Shown: in pieces, positions 47,925 through 59,100 of the stretch | How the letters are laid out: each line of letters opens with the position of its first letter | Position numbering within the stretch: the stretch's first letter is position 1 | Position numbers and translations under genes: made by a program | DNA from: Laetmonice hystrix | Lineage: Eukaryota | Direction: 5' to 3' | Assembly (NCBI GenBank): GCA_965235115.1 | Contig: OZ249436.1 | Coordinates: 4,218,001-4,282,000 of the forward strand | Length of the DNA: 64,000 bases | The notes under the pieces: model-generated | Databases searched by the model: none | Told to the model about the DNA's origin: nothing | What the model saw: the letters and a program-made list of their open reading frames with translations, nothing else

Positions 47925-50382
47925 GTAATGGTCCCATTCTGATGATGTCCGGTGATGGTATACAGGAAAGTTTCCTCCTCAAACACGCAGGGATAACCAA
48001 GTAATGGTCCCATTCTGATGATGTCTGGTGATGGTATACAGGAAAGTTTCCTCCTCCTCAAACACGCAGGGATAACCAAGTAATGGTCCCATTCTGATGA
48101 TGTCTGGTGATGGTATACAGGAAAGTTTCCTCCTCAAACACGCAGGGATAACCAAGTAATGGTCCTATTCTGATGATGTCTGGTGATGGTATACAGGAAA
48201 GTTTCCTCCTCAAACACGCAGGGATAACCAAGTAATGGTCCCATTCTGATGATGTCTGGTGATGGTATACAGGAAAGTTTCCTTCTCCTCAAACACGCAG
48301 GGATAACCAAGTAATGGTCCCATTCTGATGATGTCTGGTGATGGTATACAGGAAAGTTTCCTCCTCCTCAAACACGCAGGGATAACCAAGTAATGGTCCC
48401 ATTCTGATGATGTCTGGTGATGGTATACAGGAAAGTTTCCTCCTCAAACACGCAGGGATAACCAAGTAATGGTCCCATTCTGATGATGTCTGGTGATGGT
48501 ATACAGGAAAGTTTCCTCCTCAAACACGCAGGGATAACCAAGTAATGGTCCCATTCTGATGATGTCTGGTGATGGTATACAGGAAAGTTTCCTCCTCAAA
48601 CACGCAGGGATAACCAAGTAATGGTCCCATTCTGATGATGTCTGGTGATGGTATACAGGAAAGTTTCCTCCTCCTCAAACACGGAGGGATAACCAAGTAA
48701 TGGTCCCATTCTGATGATGTCTGGTGATGGTATACAGGAAAGTTTCCTCCTCAAACACGCAGGGATAACCAAGTAATGGTCCCATTCTGATGATGTCTGG
48801 TGATGGTATACAGGAAAGTTTCCTCCTCCTCAAACACGCAGGGATAACCAAGTAATGGTCCCATTCTGATGATGTCTGGTGATGGACAGGAAAGTTTTCT
48901 CCTCCTCAAACACGCAGGGATAACCAAGTAATGGTCCCATTCTGATGATGTCTGGTGATGGTATACAGGAAAGTTTCCTCCTCAAACACGCAGGGATAAC
49001 CAAGTAATGGTCCCATTCTGATGATGTCTGGTGATGGTATACAGGAAAGTTTCCTCCTCAAACACGGAGGGATAACCAAGTAATGGTCCCATTCTGATGA
49101 TGTCTGGTGATGGTATACAGGAAAGTTTCCTCCTCCTCAAACACGCAGGGATAACCAAGTAATGGTCCCATTCTGATGATGTCTGGTGATGGTATACAGG
49201 AAAGTTTCCTCCTCCTCAAACACGCAGGGATAACCAAGTAATGGTCCCATTCTGATGATGTCTGGTGATGGTATACAGGAAAGTTTCCTCCTCAAACACG
49301 CAGGGATAACCAAGTAATGGTCCCATTCTGATGATGTCCGGTGATGGTATACAGGAAAGTTTCCTCCTCCTCAAACACGGAGGGATAACCAAGTAATGGT
49401 CCCATTCTGATGATGTCTGGTGATGGTATACAGGAAAGTTTCCTCCTCAAACACGCAGGGATAACCAAGTAATGGTCCCATTCTGATGATGTCTGGTGAT
49501 GGTATACAGGAAAGTTTCCTCCTCCTCAAACACGCAGGGATAACCAAGTAATGGTCCCATTCTGATGATGTCTGGTGATGGACAGGAAAGTTTTCTCCTC
49601 CTCAAACACGCAGGGATAACCAAGTAATGGTCCCATTCTGATGATGTCTGGTGATGGACAGGAAAGTTTTCTCCTCCTCAAACACGCAGGGATAACCAAG
49701 TAATGGTCCCATTCTGATGATGTCTGGTGATGGTATACAGGAAAGTTTCCTCCTCAAACACGCAGGGATAACCAAGTAATGGTCCCATTCTGATGATGTC
49801 TGGTGATGGTATACAGGAAAGTTTCCTCCTCAAACACGGAGGGATAACCAAGTAATGGTCCCATTCTGATGATGTCTGGTGATGGTATACAGGAAAGTTT
49901 CCTCCTCAAACACGCAGGGATAACCAAGTAATGGTCCCATTCTGATGATGTCTGGTGATGGTATACAGGAAAGTTTCCTCCTCAAACACACAGGGATAAC
50001 CAAGTAATGGTCCCATTCTGATGATGTCTGGTGATGGACAGGAAAGTTTCCTCCTCAAACACGCAGGGATAACCAAGTAATGGTCCCATTCTAAAGATGT
50101 CAGGTGATGGTATACAGGAAAGTTTCCTCCTCAAACACGCAGGGATAACCAAGTAATGGTCCCATTCTGATGATGTCTGGTGATGGTATACAGGAAAGTT
50201 TCCTCCTCAAACACGCAGGGATAACCAAGTAATGGTCCCATTCTGATGATGTCTGGTGATGGTATACAGGAAAGTTTCCTCCTCAAACACGCAGGGATAA
50301 CCAAGTAATGGTCCCATTCTGATGATGTCTGGTGATGGTATACAGGAAAGTTTCCTCCTCAAACACGCAGGGATAACCAAGT
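47925..50382. repeat. 76-79 bp minisatellite (gtaatggtcccattctgatgatgtctggtgatggtatacaggaaagtttcctcctcaaacacgcagggataaccaa), about 32 copies
   Basis: Direct inspection. Confidence 0.97.
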
Positions 50383-53300
50383 GTACCGTGTGTAATCGGT
50401 CAAGACGTTCAGTCTAATCTCTGTTTCGACCAATTACCCACAGTGACATGAATGTCAGTCCATGTATTTTGACTTGAATATCATCAGTTAAAAGGGGGAA
50501 TACCTTTTGGACAGTCAGCTGGTAACTATGGTGACGATACCACAGCATGGCCTCACATGCACTGGATAATTATCTCGATAAGGTTTCGAAAAGGGGTTAA
50601 AAATTTAACAAAGACACGCCGTCAATGAACAATGCATACCTGCCCTATACCTGACCTAATTTCATTAACGTATACCTTCATAGAAATATTTATTTTCATG
50701 TAGATGTATTGACCAATAAATAAATAAACATAAAAAAGTTCTGGCCATCTTCAAGCCAGCCATCGTATTTGCCGCTCGCCATGGTTCAACAGTGGCGCCA
50801 CCTACGATGTAAGACGCCCTCTATCGACCGTAGTGGGTGTATTTGTGGCGCAAGGGCCTTCTTAATTCACGACATCCTGCAGAGAAAATTAAGCACTGCG
50901 CTTGAAATCTATCTGATAGGATGACACTGGTCCAAGTCAAGACAAGAGTCGAGCAGGTACTTTGAAGTGATCCACGTGGTGCCCAGCTCATTCACTATGG
51001 TAATCGTGAAACAGGACCCTCACCAGCCGACACGCAACCTTGGCCACGCTTTCTCTCCCTCCTTTGTAAGCGCCCCTTGAACACCCAAGTGATCAACACG
51101 ACAAAGGACAGCTCGGGCCGGTAGTTGTAACAGTAGCCGTGAACTGATCAGACTGTGGCTCAGTGGGCGACCACAGTGGGACGATCGGCAGCCGTCCGCT
51201 CAGCCATGGACACAACCCCGGCCCGGGGAGACCGACTTACAATAAAGGCACAGACATAGGGATGATTTGCAAGCCGACACGAGACAATCGGAGATGTCCT
51301 GTTGATATGTCACACGAAGGTGTCTTTAGACACTGCCCTTTGTACACATTAAACTGATGATCACAGCCAACACTAAGGCACCGACTGACGATGAGCCAAC
51401 AATAGATAAAGCGCTTAAAATAGTATAGTTGGTCTATACATAACGAAATTACCACGAGTGTTGTGAGAAACACCCGCCTACCTTAACCCTATACACTAAA
51501 CCACTTTCTGACCGCACGCCGCCTACAGTGGTCTCAGTTTAAAGGTAATCCAAGGCGGCGAAACCAGACACGACAACATAGGAGTAAACGTCTCTGGAAT
51601 ACACCTATTGTACAAAATTCACTTTTTATAGCGAATACCCTGTCACTCAGGCTTTTCGTTTTGAGGGACGCGTCTGTGAGAGATTGCGCGCGCCAATAGA
51701 GCGCCAACTGGCTATAACCTTGTGCCAACTGCAAAGAAAGGGCACCTACCGGTAAGAAAGGTTATAAATTTGCAAGCTTGGTCGATTTCCTCTATAGGGA
51801 GTTTATTATATTTAATTTGAAAATAAACTTTGGAATATCGGCAAGAATATTGGGATTCCAGTATTATTGATAGTCCTGAATGACGCCCTTGTGGTTCGTC
51901 CGTGATGTCGTTCGTCCATGTACTGCATTCAAGTAAACTTTAAACTGTTAAATCAGCCGTGCGTGATATTGTGCACTATACGCTAATTCACAATATCCAC
52001 AATATCCCTCTGCTCACAATTTTGTTTCCAATAAAGCTTTTTTTATATGTTGTTCTATATATAAACTTATAAAATTCGACTCTCCTAACAAATTGCTCCG
52101 CATGATGTATACGTAATGTGCCCGTCACAGTAGACCGCCACTTTCAAAAATCTACTTCATTTCCCCGGGGAAAATTCAAAACAGACTCTTAGAGCTAATT
52201 TGTTTTACCAGTACAAAGGTAATTGGCACTCAGCGGGAAACACTTTGCCAGTTTGGCGCCCCGTTTTAAAAGTCCCATTATTTCTACGTTTGCAACATTG
52301 AATTCGCGCCATTACGTAACGACTTAAATAGCCCCTGATTGGTCCTAAAGCGTGGGTGAGGAAGTCAGCTGCCCCTGGGCAAGGGGTGGACGCCGTGAAC
52401 TGGTCAGGGCAGCCATGCACCCTGAGGGTACGGGAAGAGTCACCAAACAACGTAACATTAGATGTACGAGTCTAAGAACCTGCATACTGCAGGTCGGGAG
52501 GTGACTTGACGACAGCTCCAACTCGCACGCCTACAGGGGGCTAACGGGACCCCAGAGATAAAGGGGCAAAGAAATTAAATGCGCGGGAGATCTATGCGAT
52601 GTGCCAAGCTTAACCGGCTTTCCCCTCCGTTTACAGAACATCAGTTAAAAAAAACACCTGGCGAACTGGGAATATTGGGTGAACACCATGCACCCTTGCC
52701 ATCACCTGCTTCCGTTGTCCTTGGTCAGGATGCTGCAAGCATGCAGTGCTCAGCGCCCTCTGTTGGATACTGTGTGCCGCTGGCTCCCTGCCTTGATTCT
52801 TACCGTTAGACGGGGCGTGATCACGTAACGTTCACACACTGACTACTGACAGCTCACTCCGGCACACAAACAATGGGACGCTCCTCGCCGGCAACATCAA
52901 AGGCATTCTGATTTCATGGGGTTACGTGAAGAGTCGAAGTATTCGGGTCCCCAGGGAACGTCTTCCTCAGGGACGGGGGGGGGGGAGGTTATTGAAGCGA
53001 CCACGCCATTAGATGGCTTTCCCGCTTTGGCAAACTTCTATGATTCCCTATACTCTATTACTCCTATAACTCAAGCACGTCCAATCTCATATATATAGGC
53101 GTCTATATATGAGAGGAGGGCGCCCCCTTTAGCCAACGGAGCCAATATAACTTCCAAGATTCTTTGGTGTAAAACGTGCAAAAAGGAGTTAATTAAAGCG
53201 AAGACTATAGTAATAGGCCTATAGGCCTACAATATATTCGACACAGCCAACAGTGCATTCATTTTGCTCGTATTTGTTCCCTTCTGTATATTTTCTGCTG

Positions 53301-53949
53301 ACCAGGTGCGTGCCCCCTGAAGTCGAATTCGACCTCCACCCCCTTTCGAAATCCTGGTGGCGCCTATGAATCCGCTAAAAGATGAGCTTATAAAAATTCA
53401 TATAGGCCTATAGGCCTAGGTCTATTGTTGCCTTTCTGAATCCGTTAAAAGATGAGCTTATTTTACCTTTCTGATTTCCACAGTGAGATCAACGATAGAA
53501 CATCAAATATTATAACGTAGGTTATATGTATAACCTATACGTATGCACGTTTCTCATGGCTATATGATTACTGGAATTTCATTACACTACCTGAATCAGC
53601 CACTACATTAAATAAAAGGTTTACAGCTGAATCCTGTCGTCCAGTTTAACATGCATGACGAATACAGGTCCATGTCCATGTGATAATGACAACATTATGC
53701 CCGTCAATTATTGCAGTCTACATTACTGTTAGGTCTAGGCCAACATCTCTAGATCATGTGAATGTCTAAGTCTCCTCCAGTGTTTCCATTTAGATTGCAC
53801 GGCTTGAACTAAATCTATAGATCTAGACCTAGGCCTATATATAAGACTCTATAGGCCTACACCTGTTTATAGATCGAAGGTCAAAAAGGATAGAGCAAAT
53901 GCTTCTCTGTTTTCAAGCATTTAAAATGTAATTGCCTGAGAAAGGGAAA

Positions 53950-53954
<5 letters not shown>

Positions 53955-54040
<86 letters not shown>

Positions 54041-54121
54041 AGAGAGACAGAAAGAGAGAGACAGAGAGAGAAAGAAGAAGAAGAAGAAGAAGAAGAAGAA
54101 GAAGAAGAAGAAGAAGAAGAG
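53955..54121. repeat. Compound (GA)n-(GAA)n microsatellite
   Basis: Direct inspection. Confidence 0.97.
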
Positions 54122-55439
54122 ACATGGTTAGATCTAAGCCTAAGGCCCAGAGGAGAAAGAGGGGGGGGGGGGGGTTAATGGGGCAAATGGGCGAGGGAAG
54201 AACATTTTCCAAGAAGAAAGGAATTGGAGGGAGGCAAGAGAAATGAATAGGAATATAATGACAGTGATATGAAAGACAGCGTCATATAGCTAGCCTAGCT
54301 CCCTGATGGCATAGATCTATAGGTCTACGACTAAAGCAATTTTAGTCTATCAAAAGAAATCATGGCCAGGAGGTCCAATGAGTTCATCGAAGCGGTTTGG
54401 CCTAAATCAAAACCGACCAGTTTTGTCCCGCCCCCTGTAAAGGGTGGCCAATATTTCCCCCTACCAGGGGCGCGTGCCACCTTGCTCGGAGCCCTCGCTG
54501 GGCGGCTCGAGTCACATTAATCACGCTGTCGTCTGCTCGTGTGTCGACTGCCGTCATGACGTCCACCGTCATTCATCATGGCGTCCGTCATTGGTAGGAC
54601 AATAGCGAATGGTTCAGTAGACATGACCAGTAGTTAGAGTTCGCGTTGGCCCTGCAGTTACTGCTGGCCAGACCCCAAGGGGTAAGGGAGATTGTGACCA
54701 GGCAAAAGTAAACCATGGTCCTGGTATGCCGATAGGTCTAAGTCTGGGCCAAACGCCGGTAATGATGCTCCTTTAATTGGGGGCCAGGAAAGTTCTGTTA
54801 AATTGGCCATTTAAAACTACCCAGGCCTATTTTTCTTCTTCTCAACGAAAGCTAAAAATTCTTTCTCTCTCATGTTTCGAAAATCTTAGAAACACTATAG
54901 CTATCTTAAAATGTCTCTTTCACTTGGCCTATAGGCCTACGCCCTTTTAGGCCCTTGGGTAGGCCTATAGAGAGGTATCTAGGCTAGACTCCATCGTCCA
55001 GAAGAAAAGAAGTGCAGACTTTGTTCGAGCTAGGCCTATTTAGGGCCTACTAATTTAGGCCTAGGCCTATCAATGCCCAGACCTAGGCCTGATGGTCTGA
55101 GGGTCTGTCTTAGGGGCGGACCATTTTATAGGCCTACCTGTTCTGTTCTCCAAACACCTAGGCCAGGGGGCTAGGGGGGGGGGAATAGTTTGTTCATCAA
55201 ACTAGTAGGCCTAGGCTATAAATCTACATAAAAAAATAGTTTCTTTCATATGTAAAAAAACAAGATATATAGGCCTAGGGCCTAGTATAGTCGAAATGGG
55301 GGAGAAATAGTTTGATTAGGCCTACCTAATGGTATAGCAGAAAAAGATAGCTCCGGCCTGGGAGCAAAAAAAAAAAAAAACAACCAGAGGCTCCCGTGCG
55401 GATCATGCTATATGACCCACTTTATATTTCATGAACGTA

Positions 55440-55490
55440 GTCATGATGACGTAACCAACTCCGTTTCGTGGCACGTCACGTCATAAGAAG
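55440..55490 (+). promoter_or_regulatory. CRE-like motifs (TGACGTAA at 55447; ACGTCACGTCA at 55473) about 100-140 bp upstream of the CatSper3 ATG
   Basis: Motif match by eye only; function not shown. Confidence 0.3.
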
Positions 55491-55587
55491 ACGACATTAC
55501 AAGTTTGTTAGCTCCATGTGCTAATATTTAGTACCTACGAAAGCGGGAAAGGTTATTGTTAATCCATAATACACGAAGGAGGTGAAG

Positions 55588-56112
55588 ATGACGCCTACAA
55601 CAGTAGATGGAGAGGGAGAGGGCCTGACACTGGGTGACAGAATCGTCAAGTCAGTGACGAACAACCTGAACAGTTTCTCCCGTTTTAAAAAACAACAAGC
55701 CCGAAGACGCTGCGATGCTCAGTTTCACAAAACCATCCGCAGAATCACGGAGTCATCATCTTTTAACGGATTCATCATGTCCGTTATTTTTATCAATGCT
55801 ATTATTATGGCTATGGAGAGCGAGGACGTGTTCGACGTACCTGATTGGCAGTTCGCATTTAAAGTTTTAGATTACACATTTCTGTTGATCTACCTGGTGG
55901 AGTTCCTGCTCAAGGTGTACGCCGAACCGGTCAATTACTGGAGCAGTGGATACAACATCTTTGACTTCACGACTTTGGTGACATCCATGGCACAGGTGAT
56001 CATATCGTGGGCACATCTGGGCGGCGAATCACGACTCCAAGCTCTCAGAGTACTCAGAGCTCTGCGAACTCTCCGAATGTTGAGGACCGTTTCCTTCATC
56101 CGGGGACTTCAG
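55588..56112 (+). CDS. CATSPER3: CatSper3 exon 1 (N-terminus, S1-S4)
   Basis: ORF 55582..56148; ATG at 55588; cag|gtcgga donor; start codon is inferred. Confidence 0.88.
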
Positions 56113-59100
56113 GTCGGACTCAGGCAGCAGCCTTTTCTAACTAATTAAAATGAAATAAATACAAATACTAGCAGATCAGGTAGAATATCATGAAGATAAA
56201 TGTAACTTGCATTGACCAGGTTCTGGTGGTCTGTGTTTTTCATGTGGTAGAATATGATGATAACTGTAACTTGCATTGACCAGGTTCTGGTGGTCTGTGT
56301 TTTTCATGTGGTAGAATATGATGATACATGTAACTTGCATTGACCAGGTTCTAGTGGTCTGTGTCGTATACTGTGGTACAATATGATGATAAATGTAACT
56401 TGCATTGACCAGGTTCTAGTGGTCTGTGTCGTATACTGTGGTACAATATGATGATAAATGTAACTTGCATTGACCAGGTTCTAGTGGTCTGTGTTTTTCA
56501 TGTGGTAGAATATGATGATAAATGTAACTTGTATTGACCAGGTTCTGGTGGTCTGTGTTTTTCATGTCATACTGTGGTATAAATGTAATACGGTACTTGC
56601 ATTGACCAGGTTCTGGGGGTCTGTGTCGTATACTGTGGTAGAATATGATGATAAATGTAACTTGCATTGACCAGGTTCTAGTGGTCTGTGTCGTATACTG
56701 TGGTAGCATATGATGATAAATGTAACTTGCATTGACCAGGTTCTGGTGGTCTGTGTTTTTCATGTGGTAGAATATGATGATAAATGTAACTTGTATTGAC
56801 CAGGTTCTAGTGGTCTGTGTTTTTCATGTGGTAGAATATGATGATAAATGTAACTTGTATTGACCAGGTTCTAGTGGTGGCCCTCATTGACACCATCAGG
56901 AAGTGGGTGATCAGCATCCTGGCCCTCCTTCTCCTCCTCATGTTCCTGTTCGGTATCATGGGGTATTACTTCTTCGGTTACCCGGATGTCGGTGACAAGG
57001 AGAACTGGGGGACACTTGGTGCTGCCTTGCTAACCTTGTTCAGTTATGTGACGGTAAGCTAAACACACGCCCATCTTATGGCTATAGACTACAGTATGTG
57101 TATCATAAATTAATATTTCATTAACAGACATTTACTGATTTAGTACTGTTAACACTCCTGAAAATAAAGTATCAGGCACCATATTGTTCAAGAAGGTGCT
57201 CTTTTTCTCTTTTTCTTTTCACTAAAATTAGATGCACAACGTTTTTGTAGAATCCCGAGAGAAATGTTTCCATCGGACGATGATAAACATGATGAATTTA
57301 TTGATAAAGGTATTGTTAGTATAGATCATTGACACTACAGGTTGACGGATGGACCGACCAGCAGGATCGACTCGACAATCTGAACTTCGGAGCGGCTTCC
57401 AGGGTTTACACCATTATTTTTATCGTTCTTGGTCACTTCATCTTCAGTAACGTTTTCATCGGTGTGGTCATCATGAACATATCGGAGGCCACCGAGCTCT
57501 ATAAGGTACGTACAGGTATCGGTGTGGTCATCATGAACATATCAGTATCGGTGTGGTCATCATGAACATATCGGAGGCCACCGAGCTCTATAAGGTACGT
57601 ACAGGTATCGGTGTGGTCATCATGAACATATCGGAGGCCACCGAACTCTATAAGGTACGTACAGGTATCGGTGTGGTCATCATGAACATATCGGAGGCCA
57701 CCGAACTCTATAAGGTACGTACAGGTATCGGTGTGGTCATCATGAACATATCGGAGGCCACCGAACTCTATAAGGTACGTACAGGTATCGGTGTGGTCAT
57801 CATGAACATATCGGAGGCCACCGAGCTCTATAAGGTACGTACAGGTATCGGTGTGGTCATCATGAACATATCGGAGGCCACCGAACTCTATAAGGTACGT
57901 ACAGGTATCGGTGTGGTCATCATGAACATATCGGAGGCCACCGAACTCTATAAGGTACGTACAGGTATCGGTGTGGTCATCATGAACATATCGGAGGCCA
58001 CCGAACTCTATAAGGTACGTACAGGTATCGGTGTGGTCATCATGAACATATCGGAGGCCACCGAACTCTACAAGGTACGTACAGGTATCGGTGTGGTCAT
58101 CATGAACATATCGGAGGCCACCGAGCTCTATAAGGTACTCACTATACTGTACTCATAATCCTGTTCCCCTCGGTCAAATCTCAGTTTTAATTCAACTTTA
58201 TTTAGGTAAGTTTCTTAATATTTTGCTATTAAGAGTCAGAAGGGCGACCCCCCGCCCTCCCATTAGATATAGATTGAAATTGTGGAAATAAGTTTTCAGA
58301 TTTGCAAGTAAACATACATAAGTAGAGCCTCTATATAAATAATAATTTAATAAATAAAGCAGTGACATAATTGTTATTACGATTTTTATTGTAATAGAAT
58401 GAATTCACTCTCAGTGGCAGTATCTCAGTATCTCACGATGTAGTATGGTATTATAGTAGAATGAATTCACTCTCAGTGGCAGTATCTCAGTATCTCACGA
58501 TATATTATGGTATGGATATACGGATAAACAATCTACATCTGTCATTGCCATGATATGACGAGAAGAATAGATATAATGTACATCTAGACCTATAATTCCA
58601 TTAATCTCTGTCGCTTGTCGCGTGTGGCCATACAGACAGAGCAGGAGTCGGAGCGGGCAGCCATCCTACACAACAAGAAGGAATTCATGATGATACGTCA
58701 ACATAACGATGTCAAACAGATGCTCGAACGCCAGGTGATGACCGTTAGCATGACCACGGCATTGTGTCCACCGTGGGAAAACCCTAATTAGAACACAATG
58801 GTTAATTAGAAATATATCTCAGCCGAATCATCAGGCATTGCGTGTGGATGTAATCAAAGCCAATACCGGATTTATTCTCTCCGATAACATCTGAAAGTGA
58901 GCGTTAAGAAATCATTTAGCGAGTCGCCATAATGAAGAGTTCGCCTGATGTACTTGGAAAAAGTATTTGACCTTTTCTTTATCTTTTTCAATTATTCCGT
59001 CTAGAAACGAGGAAAATACTCGAATTTTGAAGAGATGGTGCACGAGTTCCAGAAGGGTCTTTGTCACAACGATGTGGTCTTTATGACGGATTTGTGCGCC

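Noticed and set aside
53913..54246. ER/R-rich and L/S-rich ORFs
   Set aside because: (GA)n/(GAA)n microsatellite.
57553..58158. 201-aa ORF as a separate gene or CatSper extension
   Set aside because: Intronic copies of the exon-3 end, out of frame with the exon because of the truncated first copy.
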